This document shows positions 38,244-47,537 of a stretch of 47,537 nucleotides of DNA, piece by piece. Source of the DNA: Dehalococcoidia bacterium (GTDB lineage Bacteria; Chloroflexota; Dehalococcoidia; GIF9; AB-539-J10); the NCBI GenBank assembly GCA_046497565.1, contig JAWOFK010000079.1, positions 1 through 47,537 on the forward strand, read 5' to 3'. Position 1 is the stretch's first letter, and each line of letters starts with the position of its first letter. Below the pieces are notes generated by a model. The model was given only the letters and a program-made list of their open reading frames with translations, made no database searches and was not told the origin of the DNA. The translations under genes were made by a program, and so were the position numbers.

Positions 38244-38456
38244 TCCGGGCCGCCGGCTGGTTCTAACCTCGTTTCCTTTTCAGTGCTTCTCTCGCGATGT
38301 CCCTCCCCCCGCCCCGCCGGTGCATTTCCTTATGTTGAAGAAACGACCTGACCATGCTGATCTTTGTTATACTCGGGATGTGTCGGTTTTCAGCGAGAAA
38401 CAGGCCAGTCCTGAGCGGCAAGCTATCTCTGACCTTGTCACCAAGGCAGCATAAAT

Positions 38457-40646
38457 ATGGAAAGACCAGAGAAACGAAACGATGAAGGCTTCGCGCAGGT
38501 AGGTATCGGTCAAACCGCCGCTACCATCCTGGGAACTGTCTTCTGGCTTATTGTGGCCTTGATGCTGCACCCGGTAGCGTACGGTCATCTGGCCTGGTTG
38601 GTATCCATAGCAACGCTTGTCTCCGCACTCTGTGGCTTAGGTCTGGGAACGATGATAGCCACCTATTACCCAAGGGAGGAAAACAAGAGATTGCTGAGCA
38701 CCTCCGTATTCCTGACTTTGCTGGCCAGCGGCGTGGGCGGGATTGTAACTGCCGTAGTCTTGAACCTATCGGTAGATTCATCTTTGGCCACCCTGGTCGG
38801 TTTGCTGGTTGTAGCATTATCGATGTTCTCCATGGCCTTCTACTCGGAACTGGGGAAGCGAGAGTATAAGAAATACATGTGGATGTGGATAGGTGTGCGG
38901 GCGGCAACGCTGATTCTTCCATTGACCTTCTACCTGCTGTGGGGAACGGTCGCCGGATTGCTGGGAGGGATGATAGCAGGCTATTTTTTGTTCGGAACGT
39001 TGGTTCTGAAGCACCTGGGCAACGGCCTGAAATTTGCGGATGTAAGGAGAAAGACGGGTTTCTCCGCAAGGGCGTGGGCCTCCAATATGGCAATAGCTTC
39101 GCTGAACTTCCTTGATAAGATACTTATCGGCGTCCTTTTCCCGCTCGGCTTCCTGGCAATCTATCAATTCAGTTTCCGGATTTTCCTCCTTCTGGCGATT
39201 CTGCCCAACACCCTGTTCTTTTACCTGCTCCCCGAGAGGTCCGGCGGGGGCGATGTCAAGAAACTCGAGAGAGCTGGAATCCTCCTGTCTGTAGCCCTGG
39301 CCGTTGCCATCTTCTTCCTTGCGCCCTACATCACTTCTCATGTCTTCCCCGGCTACCGCGAAGGTATCGACACGATAAGGATAATGGGCCTTGCCATAAT
39401 CCCGGCGACCATCGCCAGGATAAGGTCCTCGCGATTGTTTTCGGAAGAGAAGCCGGCCGTGGTTCTCGGCTCGAACCTGTTCGGCCTGGCGATCGGGATT
39501 ACGTGCATAATCATGACCTTCACCCAGGGACTGGGACTCATAGGCTTGGCAGTCAGCATGCTGGCCAGCCAGGTCGGACTGCTCGGCGGGCTTTTTCTCA
39601 TCCCCAAGCTCCTCAGATTTGGCTTTCCGGGGAGAATAGGGTTGAGCTTCATTGTGGTAATCGTGGCATCTGCCCTGATTATGAGTACTCTCGGCATCAT
39701 TTCCCCACAGATAACCGTAAGAAAGGACAGGGTGATAGGAACCGGTGGGGCAATGGATACCAGGGTAACCATCACAGTATTGGCCGATGACGAAGAAGAC
39801 GTCAGACAGGCCAAAGAAGCAATCAGTGCGGCTTTCCGCGAGATTGACCGAGTTGAGAAACTCATGAGCGCCACCGATCCGGATAGCGAGATTTACCGGC
39901 TAAACAACAGCGGAACGCAATGGGTGGAGCTATCACCGGAAGTCATCTATATCCTGAAGAAGTCTCAGGAGTACAGCGTCCTGACAGACGGTTGTTTCGA
40001 TGTTACGGTGAAGCCGCTGGTCGATTTCTGGATGAAGGAGGTGAAGAGGTCGGGCAAGATGCCGACGGGTGACGAATTATCCCAATACCTTGAGCTGGTT
40101 GATTACCGGAATCTGATAATAGATGAGGACAACAACAGGGCCAGGTTCAACAGGGACGGAATGGAGGTTACTCTCGGTGGTATAGCTAAGGGATATGCCG
40201 TCGACCGAGCCTGTGAGGTTCTGAAGGGCGGCGGCATCGAGGAGGCTCTGGTAGATATCGGCGGCGACATCAGAGCCATAGGAACAAAGTCGTGGAGGAT
40301 TGGCATACGTGATCCCCGTGCTGAAGAGGTGCTGGTAGACATCGAGTTGGAGAATAAGGCCATAGCTACATCCGGCGACTACGTAAGGTATCACCTCCTG
40401 AAAGGAGCCGAGCTGGTTCATCACATCATTAACCCGAAAACCGGTGCACCGGCGAGAGATTCCATAAGCGTCACCATTGTCGCCCAAGACAGCCTAACTG
40501 CCGACGCTCTCAGTACAGGGGTTTTTGTTATCGGGCCCGAGAAAGGAAGGGTGTTATTGGATTTAATCAGGGTTGGGGGGTTGATAGTCGGTCCCGAAGG
40601 AGAGATAATAACATCGGAATACTGGGGTTACGACATAGCCCGGTGA
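38457..40646 (+). CDS. apbE: Fusion: Wzx/MOP-superfamily membrane transporter (N-term) + ApbE FAD:protein FMN transferase (C-term)
   Basis: About 410 aa multi-TM region with flippase-like start and DKILIG motif; then AMDT, DSEIYRLN, FDVTV.PL, LGGIAKGYAVD, GGDI, ATSGDY, HHIINPKTG, ADALST in one uninterrupted frame. Confidence 0.9.
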   Translation: MERPEKRNDEGFAQVGIGQTAATILGTVFWLIVALMLHPVAYGHLAWLVSIATLVSALCGLGLGTMIATYYPREENKRLLSTSVFLTLLASGVGGIVTAVVLNLSVDSSLATLVGLLVVALSMFSMAFYSELGKREYKKYMWMWIGVRAATLILPLTFYLLWGTVAGLLGGMIAGYFLFGTLVLKHLGNGLKFADVRRKTGFSARAWASNMAIASLNFLDKILIGVLFPLGFLAIYQFSFRIFLLLAILPNTLFFYLLPERSGGGDVKKLERAGILLSVALAVAIFFLAPYITSHVFPGYREGIDTIRIMGLAIIPATIARIRSSRLFSEEKPAVVLGSNLFGLAIGITCIIMTFTQGLGLIGLAVSMLASQVGLLGGLFLIPKLLRFGFPGRIGLSFIVVIVASALIMSTLGIISPQITVRKDRVIGTGGAMDTRVTITVLADDEEDVRQAKEAISAAFREIDRVEKLMSATDPDSEIYRLNNSGTQWVELSPEVIYILKKSQEYSVLTDGCFDVTVKPLVDFWMKEVKRSGKMPTGDELSQYLELVDYRNLIIDEDNNRARFNRDGMEVTLGGIAKGYAVDRACEVLKGGGIEEALVDIGGDIRAIGTKSWRIGIRDPRAEEVLVDIELENKAIATSGDYVRYHLLKGAELVHHIINPKTGAPARDSISVTIVAQDSLTADALSTGVFVIGPEKGRVLLDLIRVGGLIVGPEGEIITSEYWGYDIAR

Positions 40647-40816
40647 ACGGCGCTGCCGGCATTATGATAAGACCGGATGCATCTTTGCCCTCATGCTGCT
40701 GGCCCGGCCGTTTTCGAGAATGCCGGCGAATGGATTCAGCCATGCGGATAACTGGCTGTTTATTTCTGACTCTTTGGTTTATAATGGGAAGCCGAATAGC
40801 AAACCAGAGGTGAAAG

Positions 40817-41287
40817 ATGTTTATTAACTGGGAAAGGTTTGTGGGCAATGTCAGAGAACAGGGTATTAGGCGGATTGTGGCCATATTCCTCATCGTCATG
40901 CTCAGCGTGCTTATCGTGTCATCCGTGCCTGGCCTGGTTATGGTTTTTCGAGAGGAGCTATTGGCAGAGCCGCGCTGGGTGATGGACACTCACAAAATAC
41001 CCATCGTCCTCGACCTCGTCCTCTGGATACTGATTGCCATCGAGTTGATGGACTCAATCAGGATCTATATTGCGAGACATATTCTACATCTGGAGACGGT
41101 GATTTCCCTGGCAATGATTGCCCTGGCACGGAAGATTATCACCCTGAAGCTGAGCGCGTACGAACCGGTCACCATCCTGGGCGTTGCAGCTCTGGTGGTA
41201 GGTACCGCACTTGCTTACTACTTCGTCCGGAAGAGTCACAAAGAACACGGGATGCAGGGGGTACACGGGCTCGAAGATGAAGATTAG
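40817..41287 (+). CDS. PsiE-like membrane protein
   Basis: Four hydrophobic segments; LIAIELMDSIRIY, IALARKII. Confidence 0.75.
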   Translation: MFINWERFVGNVREQGIRRIVAIFLIVMLSVLIVSSVPGLVMVFREELLAEPRWVMDTHKIPIVLDLVLWILIAIELMDSIRIYIARHILHLETVISLAMIALARKIITLKLSAYEPVTILGVAALVVGTALAYYFVRKSHKEHGMQGVHGLEDED

Positions 41288-41442
41288 TACCAGGCCATTT
41301 TCGGACCCGGATTTCTTTAGGTGTGGTTATGCTGCTATTATTGTCACTGGCCGCCCTATGACTTCCATAACAAGGGTTATCTGAGGCCAATCCTAGTTAG
41401 AGTGCCCAGTCGGAACAAGAGCATAATTGAAGGGGGAAAAGA

Positions 41443-41664
41443 ATGAAAGCAATCGGCCAAGCATATATGGCATATCGAGAGGCACGCAAAGAGCTCGAAG
41501 ACAAGGCGGGCGAGTATTGGGACATTACATGGGTGGCTTCGGGGGTGCCTGTCGTTCTGCCTAAGAACGCACTAACAATCTCTGGTAGAAAGGAATTGTT
41601 CAGGCTGGCCAGAAAAGTGGAGAGAAAACTGCAGATGTTTATGATTGAACTTGATCGCGGATAG
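41443..41664 (+). CDS. Hypothetical small protein
   Basis: Purine-rich RBS, fills an intergenic gap; no recognised motif. Confidence 0.45.
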   Translation: MKAIGQAYMAYREARKELEDKAGEYWDITWVASGVPVVLPKNALTISGRKELFRLARKVERKLQMFMIELDRG

Positions 41665-41886
41665 TTACATATCTACCAGATTGTATCAATTATCCCCCAC
41701 GCAGCACCGACGCGGTTTATCGCTGAAAACCGCCCCGCTCGTAATCAAAGCTAAATGGCGTAATCAACTCTTTATTCTGACGCAGAAGCACTGCGCTCCC
41801 CAAAAAGTCTTTTCAAACCAAGAACGTTGTGCTATATTAGGCATCGTACCTTTTTAAAGCCAATGAAGCCTCAAAGCAAGGCGAAT

Positions 41887-42417
41887 ATGTGGCAAAACGC
41901 GAGGGGTTATTGGAAAGAGTATGTCACTTTTTTCCTCCTTTTCGTATTCTGGATTATTATCACTGCATCCTTCTCGCCGCGTAAGATAGTTGCGGGCCTG
42001 ATAAGTTCATTCTTGGCCGTGCTCCTGGTCAGGCTGATCTTCCGCATAAAGTTGCCTGAACAGATCACCCCCCTCTTCTTGATACGCTTCCCTGTCTTCC
42101 TGGCCATATTGGCCTGGGAGGTGATTAAGGCCAACATCAATCTGGCGTGGATACTGATAAGGCCGCGTCTTCTCATTGACCCGACGATAGTAAGATTCAA
42201 AAGTGAACTACAAGAAGACTTCAGGAGGACAATTGTCGCCGACACAATAACGGTCACTCCCGGGACCCTCACCCTGGATGCTCAAGGTGACGAACTTCTG
42301 GTGCATTGCCTGGCACCTTCTCATAAGAAGGGCCTGCTGGAGGAAAGACAGCCTGAGCGCCTGGTGCTATGGCTCTTCGGGCAAGAAGGCCAATCCATTA
42401 AGGGGATAAACAGTTGA
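41887..42417 (+). CDS. mrpE: Na+/H+ antiporter subunit E
   Basis: EVIKANINLA, ITVTPGTLT, LLVH; start uncertain (41863 possible). Confidence 0.88.
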   Translation: MWQNARGYWKEYVTFFLLFVFWIIITASFSPRKIVAGLISSFLAVLLVRLIFRIKLPEQITPLFLIRFPVFLAILAWEVIKANINLAWILIRPRLLIDPTIVRFKSELQEDFRRTIVADTITVTPGTLTLDAQGDELLVHCLAPSHKKGLLEERQPERLVLWLFGQEGQSIKGINS

Positions 42418-42695
42418 ATATCTTTTTGACGGGTACAGCTATATTTGTGGTGGTAAACGCCTTCATATGCCTGTACAGGGCGATAAAAGGCCCCACCATA
42501 CAGGACCGGCTGCTCACTCTCGCCATAGTCGGTAGCAGTATGTTAGCGGTTTTGGTACTGCTAGCCTCCATTTTCAAGAGCTCTATCTATCTGGATGTTG
42601 CCATGCTGTTCGTGCTGTTGAATTTCATCGTCATGATCGTTGTATCGCGCTATCTGGAAACATACGACAAGGAGGTCAACAGGAGTGATCGCTGA
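42414..42695 (+). CDS. mrpF: Na+/H+ antiporter subunit F
   Basis: YRAIKGPTIQDR, YLDVA, SRYLE. Confidence 0.88.
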   Translation: MNIFLTGTAIFVVVNAFICLYRAIKGPTIQDRLLTLAIVGSSMLAVLVLLASIFKSSIYLDVAMLFVLLNFIVMIVVSRYLETYDKEVNRSDR

Positions 42696-43014
42696 TGTTT
42701 TCACAATCATTTTCCTGTTGATCGGATGTTTCTTCCTACTGGTAGTGACCATCGGAATATTCAGACTGCCGGACGCTTTCTCACGCCTGCATCTTACCAG
42801 CAAAGCCGACCCGATAGGCACAGTGTCAATATTCATAGCGGCGGCAATCTACAGCGGGTGGTCTTTTGATGTTCTGCGGCTTGCAGCTATCGGTTCCTTG
42901 CTGGTAGTGACCAGCGTCACTTCGAGCCATGCTATCGGACGTTCTGCTCTGAAGAAGAGGGCGAGCAAACCTGACGAAGAACCGACGCTGAAAAGGGAAG
43001 AGGAGAATGCTTGA
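42685..43014 (+). CDS. mrpG: Na+/H+ antiporter subunit G
   Basis: GIFRLPDAFSRLH..K, SHAIGRSA; GTG start after AGGAGG. Confidence 0.88.
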   Translation: MIADVFTIIFLLIGCFFLLVVTIGIFRLPDAFSRLHLTSKADPIGTVSIFIAAAIYSGWSFDVLRLAAIGSLLVVTSVTSSHAIGRSALKKRASKPDEEPTLKREEENA

Positions 43015-43249
43015 GGCACTTAATGTAATACTCCTGGTGGCGTTGATCGTAACTGCGCTGGCGGCCTGCCTGCTTCGTAACCTTCTGGCTGCGGTTTTCA
43101 TGCTTTCGGCCTTCAGCCTTGTCATGGGCTTAGTGTGGGTGATGCTGCGCGCTCCAGACCTCGCCCTGGCTGAAGTAGCGGCGATAGGAGTAGTATCCAC
43201 CATATTCTTTGTGGTCACTATTTCTAGGACCGAGAGGAGGGAAGAGTGA
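43007..43249 (+). CDS. DUF4040 / MbhD-like Mrp subunit
   Basis: LRAPDLALAE motif. Confidence 0.85.
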   Translation: MLEALNVILLVALIVTALAACLLRNLLAAVFMLSAFSLVMGLVWVMLRAPDLALAEVAAIGVVSTIFFVVTISRTERREE

Positions 43250-44001
43250 AGAGGGTTCTGGCGCTACTCTTTACCGGTGCACTGGCCGTGGTTCTCCTCT
43301 ATGTGGTGGCGCTCTTACCCCCCATGGGAGATGCCGAGAATCCCACTAACCAGCATGTTGCCCCCCGCTATCTTGAGCACGGCCAGCAGGAAGCCGGTAC
43401 CAGAAATATCGTTACCGCCGTTGTTTTTAACTATCGTGGTTATGACACCATGGGGGAGGTGGCAATATTTAGTGCCGCTCTGGCCGGAGTTTTTGCCGTG
43501 CTCGGGTTGGGCAGAAGAAAGTTTGCCCGGGCCTCCATAGACCAGTCGGGAGTCAAATTCAGCTTCATCAGCAGGACTGCTGTAGTATTGCTTCTGCCGC
43601 TCATAATCATTTTTTCGATTTATATCATCCTTTACGGCATTGATTTGCCGGGCGGAGGGTTTCAGGGGGGCGCCATAATCGGAGCAGGGGTCATCAGTAT
43701 TACTATAACCTTTGGATACTACAGGGCACAGAGGCAGATACCACATCATGTGAGAACCATTCTGGAAAGCACTGCTATTTCGGCCTTCTTTGTGGTCGGC
43801 ACCGCCGGGGTTATCGGAGGAGCCAACTTCTTAACCATTACACTGCCCCAGCTTTCCACTCAGATTCAGCCACCTGTTCGAGAACTCATGTTGCTCGTAC
43901 TCCTGTTCGCCGTAGGCATCAAGGGAGGCATGGTATTTACTTCAATCCTTTTCGCCTTACTGAGAGAGGAAGAGACAAATGATGTGGAGCATGCTGCTTG
44001 A
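43246..44001 (+). CDS. mrpB: Na+/H+ antiporter subunit B
   Basis: NIVTAVVFNYRGYDTMGE, PGGGFQGG. Confidence 0.88.
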   Translation: MKRVLALLFTGALAVVLLYVVALLPPMGDAENPTNQHVAPRYLEHGQQEAGTRNIVTAVVFNYRGYDTMGEVAIFSAALAGVFAVLGLGRRKFARASIDQSGVKFSFISRTAVVLLLPLIIIFSIYIILYGIDLPGGGFQGGAIIGAGVISITITFGYYRAQRQIPHHVRTILESTAISAFFVVGTAGVIGGANFLTITLPQLSTQIQPPVRELMLLVLLFAVGIKGGMVFTSILFALLREEETNDVEHAA

Positions 44002-44341
44002 CAACATAAATTATGCGGTGGCCATGATCTTGTTCTGCATCGGATTCTATACAGTTATCGTGCGGAGCAACATCATCAAGCAAATAATCGGTCTGCTTGT
44101 TATGGAAGTCTCCGTATTCTTCTTTCTCGTATCAGTAGGGTATTTGGATGAAGGCGCGGCTCCCATAGTGATCCCGGGAGACACTCCCTCGCCAATGGTC
44201 AACCCACTTCCTCAGGCCATGATACTGACAGCCATCGTAATTGCGGTAAGTACTACCGCACTTTTCCTTTCACTTGCCCTTAAGTTTTACAGCCTCTACG
44301 GGACCTTAGATATGGATAAAGCAAAGGAAGATAAGCGCTAA
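43979..44341 (+). CDS. mrpC: Na+/H+ antiporter subunit C
   Basis: NIIKQIIGL, NPLPQAMILTAIVI. Confidence 0.9.
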   Translation: MMWSMLLDNINYAVAMILFCIGFYTVIVRSNIIKQIIGLLVMEVSVFFFLVSVGYLDEGAAPIVIPGDTPSPMVNPLPQAMILTAIVIAVSTTALFLSLALKFYSLYGTLDMDKAKEDKR

Positions 44342-44342
44342 G

Positions 44343-45875
44343 GTGGAGCTCCAGCATTTCGCCATATACGCCATAGTAACGCCGTTTTTTGCAGCAGTAT
44401 TAGTACCTATCATTACCCTGTGGAGAAAGAACTGGGGCATGCCCCTGGCCGGTCTAGCCCTGGCCGTCTCTCTCGTCTTGAGTGTCTTGCTAGTCCCGCA
44501 CGTTCGGGCAGCAGGGTACCTGAGCTATCATCTGGGTGCCTGGGAGCCGCCGTTTGGCATCGAAATCAGGATTGATTTCCTGGGAATCATCATGATGGTT
44601 CTTATCTCAGCGATTTCCCTGATTGTGGCCATATACTCACTGAGATATATTTCACCCGAACAGGCCAAACAGGAGAAAACCTTCTTCTTCTTCGGCGAAG
44701 AGATGGAGGAGAGCAAAAGGCCTTTCTACTACTCTCTTTATCTGGTCCTTTCTGCTGCCATGCTGGGTTTTGTCGCCGCCGGGGATATCTTCAACATGTT
44801 TGTCTTCATGGAACTCGGGGGGATTTGCTCCTACGCCCTGGTAGCCATACCGGGGGTCAGATTGTCCATAAGGGCGGCGATTAAATACATGCTCATGGCA
44901 GTACCTGCCGCAATGCTGGTCCTTCTGGCCATAGGCCTACTATACTCGGTAACAGGCACCTTGAACATGGCTGACCTTGCCCAGAGACTCGGCTCTTCTG
45001 AGTACAGTCAGGTGATTACCGTGTCGTACGTGATTATGATCGTGGGGTTCGCGGCTAAGGCTGCCATTTTCCCCCTGCACATGTGGCTTCCCGATGCCCA
45101 TAGTAAGGCGCCATCTCCCATAAGTGCCCTGCTGTCCGGCCTGATTGTCAAGGTGCTTGTTTTTGCAATTATACGCGTTACCTTTTCGGTATACGAAGCA
45201 TATTTCCCTTCGCCCTTAAGCTGGGTCACCAACGTTGCGATGTGGGTAGCAGCGGCTGCCATTATATATGGAGCGATCATGGCAATTATGCAGAAGGATT
45301 TCAAGATTATGATTGCCTATAGCACGGTAATGAATTTGGGCTATATCGTCTTGGGGTTGGGCCTGGCAGATGTGACCGCGCTGGTTGGAGGTACGTATCA
45401 TATCCTGGGTCATGCGCTTGCCAAGTCGTGTTTCTTTCTCTGTGCAGGTTCAATCATCTCACAGTCAGGTTACCGGACGATTGATGACCTCAAAGGGGCT
45501 GCCAGGAGAATGCCGGCGACCTGTGCAGCTTTTGCCCTTGCCTCCCTTTCCATAGTGGGCATACCTCCAACAGCCGGCTTTGTCGGCAAATGGTACCTCG
45601 TGTGGGGCAGTCTGAACACAGGCAATGTTTTTCTGGGGGTGGTGGTCCTCGTGGGAAGCGTTTTGGCGGCGGTATACTGCTTCAGGGTGGTATATTACAT
45701 GTTCTTCCTGCCTCCCGCAGATGGGTCCTGGCAAGAAGTTTCCGGAGAGGCCCCTGCTGCCATGGTCGTACCCACCTGGATTTTGGCAGCCGGAACGCTT
45801 GTGCTGGGCATTCTTTCGCTGTGGATTCTGCCCCCCTTGAGGGAAGCGATAGAGTCTCTAATGTTATCTGGCTGA
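44343..45875 (+). CDS. mrpD: MrpD-like antiporter subunit
   Basis: GDIFNMFVFME, K.AIFPLHMWLPDAH, IAYST, GIPP.AGF.GK. Confidence 0.9.
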   Translation: MELQHFAIYAIVTPFFAAVLVPIITLWRKNWGMPLAGLALAVSLVLSVLLVPHVRAAGYLSYHLGAWEPPFGIEIRIDFLGIIMMVLISAISLIVAIYSLRYISPEQAKQEKTFFFFGEEMEESKRPFYYSLYLVLSAAMLGFVAAGDIFNMFVFMELGGICSYALVAIPGVRLSIRAAIKYMLMAVPAAMLVLLAIGLLYSVTGTLNMADLAQRLGSSEYSQVITVSYVIMIVGFAAKAAIFPLHMWLPDAHSKAPSPISALLSGLIVKVLVFAIIRVTFSVYEAYFPSPLSWVTNVAMWVAAAAIIYGAIMAIMQKDFKIMIAYSTVMNLGYIVLGLGLADVTALVGGTYHILGHALAKSCFFLCAGSIISQSGYRTIDDLKGAARRMPATCAAFALASLSIVGIPPTAGFVGKWYLVWGSLNTGNVFLGVVVLVGSVLAAVYCFRVVYYMFFLPPADGSWQEVSGEAPAAMVVPTWILAAGTLVLGILSLWILPPLREAIESLMLSG

Positions 45876-45888
45876 TAATGGGGCGTTT

Positions 45889-47388
45889 ATGAATATAGAG
45901 ATACATTCCATACGACCTTTGATAGCGATTTTATTGCCCGGGCTTTCTCTGCTGGGTCTGCTGGTCATACCCGGCAACCGCCAGAGATTGAAAAAGGCAG
46001 TTCACGTAGCAGCAAGCCTGGCTGCATTCGGGGTGGTGCTCTCTCTTATGCCAGGCATAATCGACGAGCAAGTCTACGGCATGGAGATAATATCCATAGT
46101 TGAGCGGATAAGCATCCATCTCACTGTAGATGCTCTGGGTTATTACTACGGGCTGGCCTTAACCTTTCTCTGGCTCCTGGCTAATATATACTCGTTGGGT
46201 TATATCAAGCACAAGGATGACCGGTACTACGCTTTTATGGCGCTGTGCAACTCGTTCCTGCTGGGTTGCGCCTTCTCCCAGAACATCTTCACCTATTTCA
46301 TCTTCTACGAGCTGATGACTCTGGCCAGCTTTCCCTTGATTATTCATGATGAAACCGACGCGGCCCGCCACGCGGGCATCAAATATCTCAAGTACGCGAT
46401 ACCGGCGGGTGCCGTCATCTTATTCGCCGTATTGCTGCATTATTTCTGGGCAGGGGGGAACTTAAGCCTGGTATCTCTAGGGACCTTGAGTCTGGATACA
46501 GCCTCAAGAACCGTGCTCACGACGATCTTCATAGCCTATTTTGCCGGTTTTGGAGTCAAAGCCGCCATTGTGCCTCTGGAAGGATGGGTGCCGGATGCTC
46601 ACCCGGCAGCTCCGGCACCGGCCAGCGCCCTTCTGTCCGGGGTAATCCTGAAGGCAGGGGCCTTTGGTATCATCCGGGTCGTTCTTAATATCTTCGGGTT
46701 GGACCTGTTCCATACTCTGAACCTGTGGATTCCTGTAGTCGTGTTCGCCAGTATCACCATAGTGTTGGGCTCGGTGCGTGCCCTGGCCCAGGACAATCTG
46801 AAGAGGCGGCTGGCCTATTCCAGCGTGGGTCAGGTCTCATATATACTCCTGGGGATCGCCTTGATGAGTCCGCTTGGTGTCCTGGGCGGCATTATACATC
46901 TGGCACACCACGCCCTAATGAAGGGCTGTCTCTTCCTCTGTAGCGGCACGATTCTGAAAAGAACGGGCAAGACGAATATCAGCGAGATGGCCGGTATTGG
47001 CTACCAGCTCCCGGTCACCATGATTTGTTTCTCTATCAGCGCCCTGGCCATGATGGGAACCCCGCTAACCGTGGGCTTTGTCTCCAAATGGCTACTGGGC
47101 ACCGGAGCCATTCAGGCGAACATGCCGTTGTTCATTGTTATATTACTTATCAGCGCACTCCTGACTGCAGCTTACTACCTGCCTATCATTTACACCGCGT
47201 TTTTCAGGCGGCCCAAAGAAGACAATGACTATCAAACGCTGCTGCAATTCAGGGGTGAGACCAAGCACACCATGCTGTGGCCAACCGTGGTGCTGGCTGT
47301 GCTGGTGATCGTGGCCGGGGTCTGGGTTACGGTACCGGGCTTTCCCCATTCATTCGCCAGCATAGTGACAGGAGGGACATTCCCTTAA
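45889..47388 (+). CDS. Second MrpD/NuoM-like antiporter subunit
   Basis: FYELMT, GVKAAIVPL.GW.PDAH, KRRLAYSS, HHALMKG.LFL. Confidence 0.88.
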   Translation: MNIEIHSIRPLIAILLPGLSLLGLLVIPGNRQRLKKAVHVAASLAAFGVVLSLMPGIIDEQVYGMEIISIVERISIHLTVDALGYYYGLALTFLWLLANIYSLGYIKHKDDRYYAFMALCNSFLLGCAFSQNIFTYFIFYELMTLASFPLIIHDETDAARHAGIKYLKYAIPAGAVILFAVLLHYFWAGGNLSLVSLGTLSLDTASRTVLTTIFIAYFAGFGVKAAIVPLEGWVPDAHPAAPAPASALLSGVILKAGAFGIIRVVLNIFGLDLFHTLNLWIPVVVFASITIVLGSVRALAQDNLKRRLAYSSVGQVSYILLGIALMSPLGVLGGIIHLAHHALMKGCLFLCSGTILKRTGKTNISEMAGIGYQLPVTMICFSISALAMMGTPLTVGFVSKWLLGTGAIQANMPLFIVILLISALLTAAYYLPIIYTAFFRRPKEDNDYQTLLQFRGETKHTMLWPTVVLAVLVIVAGVWVTVPGFPHSFASIVTGGTFP

Positions 47389-47411
47389 GGCCTTAAGGTA
47401 GGAGAAAGGTA

Positions 47412-47537
47412 TTGTCTGCCGCAGAAATCGCGAACAACACCTATTCCGTGCTTCCCCTGTTGGCCCTCGTGATCCCGGCTGTAGCAGCCGTGGTTATCGT
47501 GGCAATAGGCGAGTTCAATGAAAAGCTCCGCAACCTA
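47412..47537 (+). CDS. Probable third MrpD/A-like subunit (truncated by window end)
   Basis: RBS AGGAGAAAGG, TTG start, MSAAEIANNTYSVLPLLALVIPAVAAVVIV..EKLRNL resembles the previous subunit's N-terminus. Confidence 0.6.
   Translation, partial: MSAAEIANNTYSVLPLLALVIPAVAAVVIVAIGEFNEKLRNL

Noticed and set aside
7717-42417. Other TGA stops (marR, SDR, SBP, DUF35, flxB, selB, selA, fdhE, rnfC, apbE, mrpE) as extra Sec sites
   Set aside because: Proteins look full-length at those stops, with no Cys-aligned position or obvious SECIS; FlxD uses Cys throughout

Overview
Chromosomal window from an anaerobic bacterium. Gene content and style suggest Chloroflexota/Dehalococcoidia (inference only). In order it carries: the 3' end of 23S rRNA followed directly by initiator tRNA-Met (no 5S); an atypical NarL-type regulator; ring-cleavage genes of the anaerobic benzoyl-CoA pathway (had, dch, oah, SDR); a visibly AT-richer MarR-associated catabolic block (FabH-like enzyme, 3-hydroxyacyl-CoA dehydrogenase, SDR, Liv-type ABC transporter, CoA ligase, DUF35 + thiolase); flxDCBA without adjacent hdr genes; a complete selenocysteine machinery (selC, selB, selA, Sec-containing selD); an operon fdhE-fdhA(Sec, Tat)-fdhB-rnfC-rnfD-tatA-tatB-tatC; an acyl-CoA ligase; a flippase/MOP-transporter::ApbE fusion; and an Mrp-type cluster running off the end. 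The best candidate for a little-described system is an exported seleno-formate dehydrogenase wired to a two-subunit RnfC/RnfD module instead of a cytochrome b, next to a transporter-fused flavin transferase that could export FAD and flavinylate RnfD. Two genes (selD, fdhA) are split in the ORF track by in-frame UGA-Sec codons, and tatA is missing from it.
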